Positions 49,601-62,523 of a DNA stretch of 64,000 nucleotides are shown one piece after another (the stretch's first letter is position 1; each line of letters begins with the position of its first letter). Origin of the DNA: Antedon mediterranea (Eukaryota > Animalia > Echinodermata); contig NC_092677.1 of NCBI RefSeq assembly GCF_964355755.1, positions 13,910,101 to 13,974,100 on the forward strand, in the 5' to 3' direction. The translations under genes and the position numbers were made by a program. Below the pieces are notes generated by a model. That model searched no databases. It saw only the letters and a program-made list of their open reading frames with translations, and was not told where the DNA came from.

Positions 49601-52600
49601 GTACGCGTTGGACCATCAAGGCTAGGCCCAGCTTCGCACAAACCACCGTTATACATGTGATTTGTTTACCTATTTCAATCGCCATTTAAAAAATATCTGA
49701 AAATATCAACATGCCCATTTTTTGTCAAACGAATATTTACATTACATAGTAACTTTTTATTTAGTCACTCGTTTACTCAAAAATTGAGGAATTTTTTTAT
49801 GGTCTCGTAAAAATGTACAATATTATTATTGATAAAAACCGTATAAAATCTAACAAAAAGAAGAGCAAATTCAATGATTACCTGACACGATCATAACTGC
49901 TATCCTGTTCCAAAAACCAAGTCACATGCTTCTTCAACCCTTGCTTTAATTATTCTCATGAATTATTCATAAGAAACTATAATTTAAGGCTTTCAATTGG
50001 TTAAAAGAGTTTAACCCTATTAAAATTTTTAATTCACATCATTTCCGGGTGATGTTGTCGCGCTTCGATGAATCTCAGAAATCACAAATGACCGCTAGAG
50101 GGCTCACTACTTTTTGTCTAGTCTAAATGAATGTGCCATTTAAAAAGTAATTCTCGTTGATATTTATTCACGATATCACCTGTTGATTTGCAACTTCCTT
50201 AAGGCCACGGCCGGCAAGATATATGGTGTTTAAAAGTGTTTGCTTTAGAACAGGCTTTCATCTTACCACTTTGTATGTATGTCTTGTTTAATTTGTCCAT
50301 GGATTAATATATTTGTATTTACTTTATTTTTCTATCACAATGGTCGCAAATTCTAGTAACAGGCTATTGTGTCTATTGAATATACATTACTGTATTTAAA
50401 ATACCATTTTCACGACAGCTCCACAAACACTCGAGTGCCCCGGAGACATATCTACGAATACATCATCTCCAGTTTGGGTAGTACCGATAACAAATACTGT
50501 ACAATTGGTTGATTGTACAAATGAGCCCGGAGACTCCTATCCAATCGGATCGGTTACACAAGTTACTTGCAGTGCAACAGGCGAAGCAGGACAGACAGAC
50601 AGTTGTACATTTTACATTACTATTGGTAAGTAGACGAGACTATTGTACATAACGACACTGTACTCTCTCGATAGTGCTACATAACATTTATTTTATATCA
50701 TGTGACACACAATCGTCCAATCAACTAGAGACATGGCAAACACATTCATGTAGAAATCTGCATTAGTAGGCCTATTGCTAAATTGTTAGTAAGCCTACTT
50801 ATTTATTTTATTACAGAAACTGATCTATCTGTAAAAATAAACGATCTCACAAAGGTACTGTATAATGCTTGAATTTGTACTTACTATACATTTAGTGAGA
50901 AGACCTCTGAACTATCCCGATATTTTAGTCATCTCCTGCTCTCTCCCCAAATTGCAATTTCTCCCGATATTTTGGATAAACCGTAAATCACCCGATATGT
51001 ATCAATTTATAATTTCTACTACTCTAAATATTAAGAAAATAGAAAACATAGGGAATATCGGTCAGTATATGCCTAATTAAAGTGAAATAATGAGTTGCAA
51101 GCGCATTTTTTGACTTCGGCACGCATTATAGATGCCAATAATATTGTTTTATTTTGTTAATAGCGCCCTCTATGGGTTGATGTAATATTATAGCGCCCTC
51201 TATAAGTGTTCAGAACAAGTTTTGTCGATTTTATGTGCGTAAATTTGGTTCTATTAGCAAAGATGTTCTTATTAATTTAGCGGGTAGGCGTAAGTTATTT
51301 GATTTAATTTTTCTTTTTAAGGCTGTGAACTCAATTTTCCATGGTAATTTTGAAGTGTACTTTCCTATTTCTGTTCCACAATATCAATTGCGTAATCCTG
51401 CTTTATTTTCTATATCAAGAGGGAGGGTAAATATTACTAAAAATGGTTTTGTTAATCGTTTGCCTAAGTTATACCACTCACTATGTAAAATTGATGGATC
51501 TGTTGATATTTTTTTTGATTCCCTTGCTTGTTTCCGTCACAAGGTTTTGTCTAATGTCAGTAATATTTAAATGTTGTCTTGTTATCTATTGATTTTTGCT
51601 TGTATATAATATGTTATATTTTACGACTTTCAACCCTGTTAATGGTGACGTTTGGTCACTGTAGGGTGATGATGAAATAAAATAAAAAAATAAAAAAAAT
51701 AGTTTCATAAAAACATCCCGATAATTCATTTTCCAAGTTTGGAGATCTGAGTAGAGACAAGACTAGTTTACAAGAATTGTAATTAATATAAAATAAAATA
51801 AAAGTAATTTCACACTTCCCCGATACAATGAATCTGTTTAAATTGCGTTATTTCAACGCACTCACGTGACTCTTGTTTCTTACTTTGAGCTGATTTAATA
51901 ATGAATTTGATATTTAAATGGGGTTTTTTTCTTTTATAAGCATCTGCTTCAAGAATTTTCCCCTTTTCTTTGTTTAAATCAATTTTGTAATTATAAATGT
52001 TAATTTTGTCGTTTATTTATCTACTTTATTTACAAAGAAAATAAAGAAGTTGTCATTGTCATAACAAGAAAGAGCGTTCAGGCTTCAAACTTAATTAGGG
52101 CCTACACGTGTCATAAATAATAACATTTTCACAGCAAGTTAATATTTCATGTATCTTTTTGCACTATTAAGGTCAAATTGCTCTTTATCTTGCGGTTAAT
52201 CAGATTTCGGTTTAAGGTGTAATTAACAAATCCATCTTTTTTGTGGGAGTTGGATTTTTGGAACAGCTGGTTTATCTCAAAATTTACCATTAGGCCTACA
52301 TGTGTAAATTGTAAAGTCCGAAGGAGCCCTTGGATGGGTTTCTCAATCCACAAACAGACCCCGTCTATGTTTAAGTTTCTATTCAGGACGTCAACGAAGA
52401 GAATGTTGAAGAGGTTGCTGTTGAGCTTGAGGAAATAGTAGCGACAGTAGAAGATTCTGGTGGCCTTCAACCAGCTGATGTACAACAGGTATCTGTAGCT
52501 TTGGAAACCATAGCGGATATTGAATCACCAAATGAAATTGTAAGTTAGATTATGTATAACACTGAACATGTCATTTAGTTAGGACTACAATTATCTATTT

Positions 52601-55600
52601 GAATTTACCTCAGTGCCGGTCCGAAGTCGAGACCTACGTTTTTGTTTACACTTGGGCAGAGCCATGAAAGAGTGAAATTAATTTGAAAACAATTCCTGGG
52701 TAGAGCATACCGATCCGGTTCGGTGTGTGGATACAGCAACGACTACTCAATTAAAAGCAGCTGTCATGAGGCAGAATTAAATGTTGCTGACTATCGACAC
52801 CTAGGTACGAGTCTAGGTGTATTATTTATCTACGTCATATGACAGCTGCAAAATCAGTCGCAAAATGGTAAGCACATTTTTTCCATTTTCAGGTTACTGA
52901 TGCCGTGGTCGGTATTGTAGATGCAGTATTAGGCACGTCCGAGTCATCAGACACGGAATTAACGCCTGAAACAACCTCTGTCATCCTCGAGTCTTTTGAG
53001 CAACAAATTAGTACAGCTGCCAGTGATGGTCAGAATTATACTCAGAATCAAGAAACGTTGTCTGTGCAGACTTTAAGTTTTGACTCTGATAATATTAGAA
53101 ATAATGTTGTATTCGTGGTGCAAGAAGAGAAGAAAACGACTGAGATTTGCCTTTATAGTGGCTGTGAGGTGTTCGACCAGTCTACTATCACATTACCAAG
53201 AAATCTTGTTTCAAATGGTATATTTTGTACAAACAGCAACATTCTCTTCGGGCCGCTAACCCGGTCTCTTTTTCTTATTGGTCAACTAAAATAAGTAATA
53301 TATAATAATGATATATTTGCAACAACCTTAACTTACTCAATAACAATGTAAAGCACTAAATAGTCAAATAATTATTAGGTTAAACTATGGTCGCCTACAA
53401 AATCATGTATGAACACAGCGTACTATGTGTCTGAAACATTTATCATTATTTATTTTATTTGAAATAGATCAAAGGTCCAACGTCAGTTTTACGTCTTATT
53501 ACAATTCAAACTTGTTCCAGAGCTCTAGAAATATAACGTTATCGAAGGTTATCCTATCTGCTACTGTGTATGATGACAACCTACCACATGTGTTTGAAGA
53601 ACCGATTACAATTGTGTTTCATATTATAAAAGAGGTAAATGTTGAACTTGTTTAGTGTTATAACAATCAAAGGTTAGACTTACCTCTCCTTAACTATTTT
53701 ATACACAAGTGATCTCAGTACTGTATACAATGTTTGCAGTCAATTGCCGTTCTGCACATAATTTCGGTCTAGTGCCTAACCTAAAATTACCCCTTTCTGA
53801 AATTTGATCTTAATTCTATGAGCACTATATCATAATGATAACAATACATAGCCCGAAAAAAAACACTGAGGCTGTGTTACTTGGACAAGTATTTTTTTTT
53901 TTTATTTTGACCATACTGACCCTGTGTGACCTTTGACCCAAACACCACAAAGTAACATTGCCAGTCCATATATCTAAAAAGTAAAGGTGATTAATCAATG
54001 AAGTTTAGGAGTGTCCTCTAATTCGCAGTAGTTAAGCCGAGATATTACATATACTTTATCAACACACTTTCTTACTTTCTAATTAATAATACAGTATACT
54101 AATACATTTTAACAGGATTATGAGAATGCTACCTGTGTATTCTGGGACACAACACTCAATGGCTTTGGTGATTGGTCAAAAGAGGGATGTACGCGTGTCA
54201 ATGTGGACGATGAGAGCAGTATAACATGTCAGTGTACACATCTTACCAATTTTGCTGTTTTATTTGTAAGTTTTACTTTTTTTTGTACAAAAAGTGTGTA
54301 TTGTCTCACATTGTGAACCCGTTCATTAATCTGCTGTTTTATTTATAATTATTATTATATTATTTTATAGTTTCCCAATGAATTGCCAGAAGAATCTGGT
54401 GTGCTTTTGGACATATTGACATATGCAGGTTGTGGGTTGTCGATATTGTGCCTGCTTATTACAATAGCCATTATCATATCTACAAAGTAAGTTACTATAA
54501 TTTTTGGAAAGTATATTTTTCTATCTGAAGCATGCAACAGGCGTGCATATTGCTTTACAGGAGACTATAGGTGACGATAACTATCAATTTCTTTATAAAA
54601 AAAAAGTGCCAAAATAAACTTTCAACCGCAATACAATAAGTAGAATAGAAAATTTATAGAATACTGTAACGTAAATAAATTCGTTTGAACAGATCTCTTC
54701 GTAAGCTTCAACCACAGAAGATAATGTTAAACCTTTGTGCCTCTCTCACTTGTCTGTATATCACATTCATATGCGGCATTGATACTGCAACTCCTGGTAC
54801 TGTACCGTGTATAGCGATCGCTGTATTGTTACATTACTTTCTCTTGGCATCTATCGCATGGACAGCTGTGGAAGCAGCCAATATGTACTTGTATTTTGTT
54901 AAAGTTGTTCGGGCCAAAACTTCAAACATTTTACTGCGTTCTATGATCTTCGCTTGGGGTAAGTATGATTTATACAGAACAATGATAAAAAATAACCCAA
55001 AATGTTGATACCGAAATTCATTTTGAGTATAACAGTACAATGCATATTAGTATTTTATAAATATTTTAGTTTTATACTCTCCTTTTTTTTAATCTAGTTT
55101 AATCATTTCATTTGTTGTCTTTTGCTGTTTTAATTTGTATAATTGTCAAAAAAGGCAATTGTCCAATTTATGGTCCAATAAAGGATCTTGAACAATAACT
55201 GTTGACATCATCATCATGAAATGCACAATTAATAATTTTAAAAAAATGTTTCCTTAAAATCTCGACGTAAGGTTTTTCCGTAATATTACGCACATGCGGG
55301 CATCAATTTGTTTACAAATAATAATAAAAATATAACGTTACCGGCACATATTGAGAAACAACGTTATAAATAACCGAGATGTAGATGCAGTTACCACTCC
55401 CTACAAAATAATATAAATTCTTTGTTTACTAACTTTTTCTAGGCATTCCGCTCATACCACCAATAGTTCTAATGTCAGTAGACAGGATGTCATTCTATGA
55501 AAACAAAGACTAGTAAGTACTGTATATTTAGTAGTCATTCATTCTCTACTGGTTTGTTTTCGTTCTGGTATATAATAAAAAAAAAACATACAAAAGTCAG

Positions 55601-56576
55601 TATGAAATTATATTTGTAGTAAGGAGAATACAAATGCATAATAATAGCAAAAACTAATGAAATAGAAATATTTATATAATTGATATTTATAAGAAATTAA
55701 ATTCAAATACATTTTTATTTTATTTCATATTTACAATATTAATATTGAAATATATACATATGATTATAGAAATACAGACACTTAGGTCTTGCATTAGTCT
55801 CCATGTGGAAATGCGTCTTAGTATTTAGTCACTCATACTTCTTTAATTGTTAATCTATGCGTAATTGTTAATATCTATGGACCACCAGAGATTTCGAAAT
55901 AAAAGAATGAATTGAATTACGACGACTGTAACAGATCCTGAAAAATAAAACAGATGAGCCAAATTCATAATCTATTTATTCCAAACAATGAAAACAAGAA
56001 ACAAAATGAATCCATACATGATAGAATAACAAAAATGTTTCGGTTTTATCTTTTTTTTATGTGAGGTAACCCGTATACAAACTATTTTTACCTTTCAGTT
56101 GTTATGTTAACACGCATGACTCAAACGTGTTCATCTATGCTGTTGTTATCCCGATTGCATTTGCCATGGCTTGTAACTGCATTATATACATGCTGGTTCT
56201 TAACAGTTTGTACTGTTCTCGTTCCAAAGTGCTGGGAAATAAGTATTCTACGTTGGAAGAGAAGAAGAATCGAATCTCTAACGCAATCGCATTGTCTTTC
56301 CTCCTGGGCTTGACATGGGTTTTCGGATTTCTGTGTTTTGATAAGAATGACGCCAGTCTTGTGTTTCTGATCTTGTTCTGTGTGTTTAACTCTCTCCAAG
56401 GAGTTGCAATATTTTACTTATTTATATTCAGACAAAGAAAAACAAGAAAAGATAAAAAACATAATTTTAAAAGAGGTTTAAAGAGGAATGTTTCGGGGAA
56501 AAAAGCTATTAATACGGCAAATAGCGATAGCACCATTGAGTTAGCTATCTCAACCACCGAATTCAATACTAAGTGA
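46604..56576 (+). CDS. Adhesion GPCR copy B (signal, short Ser/Thr stalk, HYR, GAIN/GPS, 7TM), ADGRG-like, ~726 aa
   Basis: Exons 46604-46655, 46909-47067, 50419-50625, 50817-50854, 52387-52539, 52893-53217, 53468-53634, 54116-54265, 54371-54486, 54693-54958, 55443-55512, 56099-56576 (2181 nt, in frame). Same exon phases as copy A; GPS CTHL|TNFAVLF. Confidence 0.88.
47090..50301. mobile_element. ~3.2-kb non-autonomous DNA transposon (Chapaev/CMC-like termini) filling intron 2 of GPCR copy B
   Basis: Imperfect TIRs CATGGACAAATGAAACCAGAC..AGATGAAAGC..TATCTTGCCG and CGGCAAGATA..GCTTTCATCT..GTCTTGTTTAATTTGTCCATG. The matching intron in copy A is only 255 bp. Confidence 0.65.
50900..51750. mobile_element. 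hAT-like MITE interrupted by a LINE fragment
   Basis: Termini AGACCTCTGAACT ... AGTTTGGAGATCTG, with TCCCGAT subterminal repeats on both sides of the LINE. Confidence 0.5.
51204..51700 (+). mobile_element. 5'-truncated CR1-group LINE (ORF2 C-terminus, 3' UTR hairpin, A-rich tail)
   Basis: Reads SVQNKFCRF...RRKLFDLIFLFKAVN...NRLPKLYHSL...DIF (ORF 51235-51570). Followed by the hairpin ACCCT..GTGAC/GTCAC..AGGGT and an (AAAAT)n tail. Confidence 0.8.
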
Positions 56577-57469
56577 GTTCGAAAATCCAAACGAAGGTAC
56601 GGAATAAAGGTTACCTTTAAAATGCAAATTGGAGATTTTTGCATACAAGCACATTCTTTTCGCATTCCATAAACAAAATTATTGTTATTGGGCCTAAGTT
56701 TCAGATTAAAACAAATTGAATAACGAAATGTGTTTGTAACAATTGCAAGACAATTTAATATATTAGAGAAACTATGCCTATACATCAACCGTGTGTTGAA
56801 CCCCCGGATTATTTATATAACAAATACGGTATGTTTCATCTTAGGATTTTTTTTCAATATCATGTGTCAAACCACCTCATTCATGATTTATCCAAAACAA
56901 ATGTAAAAACTATTATACATTAATATAAACTGGTTTTGGATCAGAAATTCTAAAATGAAAATAATTTTTCTTCACTCTTTTTCTTTCATTTTTATTTTAC
57001 CCATAAATATAAATTATATAAACATTGTAACATACAAATAATAATATATCAAGGGAAGGGCTAAAAATAGTTAAATACTAATCTTGATTATATGATTACA
57101 TTTCCGTTTACATAATATAGTATAGAAGAAATATGAAAGAAATTATATTATATTATAATAATTATTTTCAAAACGCTAAATGCGAGATACAAATTTAGGC
57201 TCATTACAAGGTTTCGCGCTTTTGTAGATAAGCATTGTTTTACCAAGAGATGGAACACACTAAAAGGTGTAATTGAAAAAAGTGTAAAATGAAATGTCAT
57301 GCTGTGTCGTTTGAGGTGATTTTGTGCTTAGGTTTTTTGACAATTGTGAGCTAAGCTCTATTTTATATAAATCATTTCAAATTACAGTACTATTATTTTA
57401 TAAATCAACTCCAAAAAAGGTTTGAAATTCCTCTCCTTTTCATAGTTCATAGTTCATATACATTTATTC

Positions 57470-57840
57470 AGTTATTATTAAAATGAGAACAACAACTGGG
57501 GCCCGCACTAGAAGCATAAGCTTGTCTCATGAGGGCCCCAACAAAACAAGATGCAGAAATACATAAAAGAAAAAGCATGATAAAACAATAAACAAAATAT
57601 AAGTCAAAAATGAAGGAGAAAAAAAAAATATAGAGCGTAACAAAAGTATGTTGTTTAAATGGCTAATAGGTAGCGTTTTACAGATTTTTTAAGAGTAATT
57701 AAAGATACAGAAAGTTTTATTTTAACAGGGAGATCGTTCCATAGTTTAGGTCCAGCTATTGAAATAAAAAATTGATTTCTAGTTAATCTTGTAAAGGGAA
57801 CATATAAACGTGTCATTCTCAAATGATAATCATTACTTAA
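57470..57840 (-). mobile_element. 5'-truncated L2/Crack/CR1-group LINE 3' end
   Basis: Minus frame reads DYHLRMTRLYVPFTRLTRNQFFISIAGPKLWNDLPVKIKLSVSLITLKKSVKRYLLAI* (stop 57655-57657). Followed by a GGGGCCC..GGGCCCC hairpin and a (TAA)n tail. Confidence 0.8.
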
Positions 57841-59016
57841 ATTACTTTTTGATAAAATTCCAAGATTTTCTTTGATTGATTGTTGAAAAATGTTTATTAA
57901 TTTGATTAATTAAATGTATACTTTTGTTTTTGTTATGATTACTTTGTTGTTTCAATTTAGATTGCATGGCGGATATCAAAGATTACAAAGCAATGGACAA
58001 AAACAAAACTTCATGAAACTCAGTTTGATCAAAATAAAATTGCAAAATTACAGTATTCTGATTCATCCGCAAATGTTCAATTTATAAAAAGGAGGAATAT
58101 AATGATGTAGATGAGTCATATTATTAGGTGGTAAGTGTAGACGACTTTTGTTGCGTATGGCACCCCATAATTTCCAACAATTTACAAAACCATGTGGCGC
58201 CTCGATCCCCTCCTATGCTGCTGATGATGACTTATGAAAATGTTGTCTGCCGCCCTCTTTTTTGTTTGAAATTCTGACAACACAACCCCGGCAATTTAAG
58301 CGATCCACCTGCATCGTCGTACAGTACTGTACACTGTTGTGTTAGTTACGGAAGCTGCAAGTGTTTTGTTTCTCCGTGAGGTTGATTATAATCTTGTAGA
58401 GGTAAGTTATTACATTTTAAGAATTTAAAGAATACTATTGCAGTTGAATAGATATTGCATTATAGTTAATTGTTAAAATTGGTGTACATCATCATTCTTT
58501 TACACCTGCAGCAGAAACAGGACCCACCCACAATCACACACACATACAGTAGGCCTACGGTGTAGTGACGTGAGTAGCTTGTCTGTCCACGCCCACCCAC
58601 CGTACCCAGGGACGTATGTAAAAAGGCCAGGGTACACTAAAAGTAAATCATAATATTTAAATACTATAGACTAGTTGACTTTCCACCTCCTTCTGCCCAA
58701 AATGTTTATTTTGTTGGCCTATAGATACCCCTTTTACACCGGCGGAAAAAATGCGGAGATGAAATCCGTAAATTGTGTAACCCGCCGAGTCGTAACCGGA
58801 ATGCAGAAATCGGGAAAAATGTAGAACAGTGTAGTAAACGATGTAAAAAGTTGATCCGTGTAAGTGATGCGGAATGTATTCAGCATCAAGTCAACCTGGC
58901 TGGGATGAACCAGTGTTCGGGGTGTAAATAGTCCTGCAATTATTTTCCCGGGTTGTTTGTACATTACTGAAAAAATCTAAAAGATTATATTCCCATCTCC
59001 TAGTCCTATGGGGCTG

Positions 59017-59160
59017 GGTATTATTACATTTGTGTGAAATTAGGGGGTGGGATTACATTCAGATGATTGCCATTTTACCATGGGTCTTGGTATTATTACA
59101 TTTGTGTGAAATTAGGGGGTGGGATTACATTCGGATGATTGCGATTTTACCATGGGTCTT
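59017..59160. repeat. 72-bp tandem duplication (2 copies)
   Basis: ggtattattacatttgtgtgaaattagggggtgggattacattc...catgggtctt starts at 59017 and at 59089. Confidence 0.9.
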
Positions 59161-60581
59161 GTGTAGAATTTAGTTAAAATTTGGTGTGCGATAATAACAC
59201 TCAAGCATGGTATTATATTTGGTCATTATTTAAAATAATAGATAATTAATAAAGGTTACGTTATCATTTCAGTATATTTTATTATACATTGACTTTCTAT
59301 TCTATTACATTATTTCATTTATCTCACTTTTCTTAGCTTTACAAGATGTACTGGAATCTTTAACATTGAAGCACGGGAATAAATTACTTTCAAAAAAATT
59401 TTTTTTCAATTTCTTGGCATTTTGGAAATACAATTCATTCTCTAAAGATGGCTTATCGAGGCTTGGTGAGTTTTTGCTTCATTAAAAATTAATAAACAAT
59501 TTTTGTTAGCTTTGTTTGGCGGCATCTTGTTAATTATTTACCGCAAAGATACATATAATAAATGAAAGTCAGGGTAGTTAAATGTGTTTTTTAAAGGTTT
59601 ATTGAAAGGATTTTTGTGTCAATAGAAGTTGTTTTAATAGTATTGATTTGACATTGTTTGTTTGCCTTGTGCCTTTATAAAGATGAATTCTTTGATATAA
59701 TACAGTAGTACATGCTGCAAATTTGTTAAGACAAATGTTTTTTTGTGTTACAACAAGGTTGCTGAGGTCTAAATAGGTCATTGCAAAGTGTATCCTTGAA
59801 GCCAAGGGCTAGAGTCAATGGAGACAAATTCCTTTAATATTGACTGTAGGCCTCCATTTCTGCTGCAATGGTATATTTTATGATTTTTTTTAAGCTGAAA
59901 AGAGAATGTTTGTTGATAAAAAGAAATGTTGTTCCATAGTGGAATAAAGGAATAATTAATAATAAATTGGTTTAAAAAAAATAATGTTTGAATTTTCATT
60001 TAAAAATTTTGTTTAGCAATATTGCTAATCAAACTGATTTTTAAGTCGAGAAACATAGTTTTGTATAGTATTTTTTGCTACACAATTTTCAAAATGTGTA
60101 GCAATAAGGTTGTTTTGTATAGCTTTTTGCTATGCTACACTGGCGAAAATGTTCCCTGCGCACACACACTTTATGACAACAAACAGGATATATATTTAAC
60201 AGTGGAATTAAATTTATTCTCACTGTTAAAAAACCAAAAAATAATGTATTAAAAGCAGAAAAATATAACTGAATGCTATGAATCAAGTTTCAGACAGCTG
60301 TGGCTTTATTTTTTCATTTACTATTATGCCAGTACAACTGATGCTGCTTATTTTACACAACACAGTATACCAAGATCCTTCTTATTTTACAGCGATGATC
60401 CATGTGGATTAACATTTCCTCCCGGATGGTAACTCAACACTGTCATACACATGAGAACATTAATTATTATTACATTTTTATTGTTTTCTCATGAAATCCT
60501 GTTTTAATTTGGAATAGCCAAGTATTACTGAATAAAATGGAAACCAATAAAGCATAAATGGTATGGACAAACTTATTTTAT

Positions 60582-60795
60582 GTATTGTCCCCCTGAAAAC
60601 ATTTTAAAAATATTTTTTTTTTTTTAAATATGTCATTTTAATGTCATGATAGATATCCACTTTGACCAAAATAATGGATTGAAAAAAAAATGTATTGTGA
60701 TTTTTGTGATTATGTAACTTGATTAAAACTATAAGATAACATATTCAAAGTCTGATTTCATTAATTTCATTGTTTGTGTTTTTGGGGGTAAATAC
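60582..60795. mobile_element. MITE-like repeat also found nested at ~47317-47780
   Basis: Ends GTATTGTCCCCC ... GGGGGTAAATAC. The interior (aacttgattaaaactataa..acatattcaaag..tctgattt) is shared with 47690-47780. Confidence 0.55.
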
Positions 60796-61639
60796 ATCTT
60801 TAAAAATATCAGAACTCATTACTTTTTACAAACCATTGATTCATTAAAAATTATCAGTAAAAATACGAATAAATATTTGTATGCCTATGGTGCAATTATT
60901 TCATCATCATCTGAATCTGATAATCTCATTTCCCATCAACGAACCAAAATAATGGTTAAATTTGCAGTTATTGTTAATATCATATTTTCATAATTAGTCA
61001 CACATTGGTCAGTCTTCAAATAACTTTAGACGCTCACGAATAGATAACATCCTTTTTAAATTGTCTATCAGATTGGAAATGTTTAGCTGATTATTTACGC
61101 TATCCTTTTTTCTATTTCAACCATGCATTCACAATTGGGCTCGTCCTCAAGGTAGCAACAGTTGTTTTGAGACATGGTTGACCGAGTAACAATGAGGGGG
61201 TATTTGAAGTTCCCCGATTTTTAAGTATTGATGGTGCATTTGGCATGAGAATCAATGATTTTAGACTAATTTGGAATGTTTACATTTCAATAGACTATCT
61301 CCATGAATCCTAATTAGCATAATTGGCATAGCAAAAATAAGTTGTTTATTGATACTCTACTACTAACTGTAGAATAGCAGTTTCAACTGTATGTGTACAA
61401 AAACCTCATTACAATAATACTAAAAAAAAAACTATAATTTGCATGTTTAAAAATCGTTTGGTGCCACCTTTTAAGACTTGGGTGAAGCCGAATAGGAAGA
61501 CTACTGAACTCAAACAATAAGTTGCCCTCGGTCCCATGGCAACAACAATTTTACATAAAAACAGTACTTCACTTAACTAAATAATACCCGGCATGCCTTA
61601 CTGTGATAAATCTGAATGTATAGTACTGATATGTACTTA

Positions 61640-61795
61640 AAGGCCAATTTACACAGATGAGCGGTAACAATAATAAAATATAGAATCTATGTTTTTCTTT
61701 TTGACCATTTACTGCTTTTTGACTGATTTCTGCTCAGGATAGACACAGATTCTATACATGGTTTTCCGCTTTCCGTTACCGCTCGTTTGGCCTTA
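61640..61795. mobile_element. Harbinger-like MITE
   Basis: Imperfect TIRs AAGGCCAA..GAGCGGTAAC / GTTACCGCTC..TTGGCCTT, with inner TATAGAATCT/AGATTCTATA. Confidence 0.55.
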
Positions 61796-62265
61796 CGAGT
61801 CAGACATGGGAATGTCATGAAATACAGTAAGCCTAATGTACAATAGTTTTCCCTCCCTGGTATTACCAGCTTACGAATACTGTAAATTAAAAAAAAAATG
61901 TCTTCAGCAGTTCTACAGTAACATCTCTGACCTGAAAATTTGGTAAAACACCATAAATGCTCACCACGGTTATTGTCATTCCTGAAGATACTGCGAATAG
62001 TGAATCACAAATTGTCTTTTTTTAGTTATTTGCTACAAAATGTAATCATTGTTTCAAGTGAAATTATAATATTTTCATGTTTCAAACTTCAATTATGAAT
62101 TGTCATAATTTTCTAAAAATATAGAATCATATGTTAAAAAACATATACAGTATTGCTGCAGTGAAATTGCTTTGTACATGCTAAGCCGTGTACTCAACAT
62201 GCCATGTTTATAATTTATGGTATGAATCCAACATTCACTGTGAATATTAAATAGGAATGGCAATT

Positions 62266-62523
62266 AGCAGTGTTGGCCTATTAGAAATTGAAATAATTTC
62301 ACTTGCAAAGTCATAAACATCAGACTAGAAAAACTCTGGAGTTTACCACAAGCAGTGTTGGCCTATTAGAAATTGAAATAATTTCACTTGCAAAGTCATA
62401 AACATCAGACTAGAAAAACTCTGGAGTTTACCACAAGCAGTGTTGGTCTATTAGAAATTGAAATAATTTCACTTGCAAAGTCATAAACATCAGACTAGCA
62501 AAACTCTGGAGTTTTATCACAAA
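62266..62523. repeat. 85-bp tandem repeat, 3 near-identical copies
   Basis: Units start at 62266, 62351 and 62436 (agcagtgttggcctattagaaattgaaata...ctctggagtttaccaca). Confidence 0.95.

Noticed and set aside
56121-56788. Minus-strand ORFs (also 41031-41279, 45074-45334, 52147-52485, 54834-55040)
   Set aside because: These are antisense shadows of GPCR exons with no recognisable protein features.
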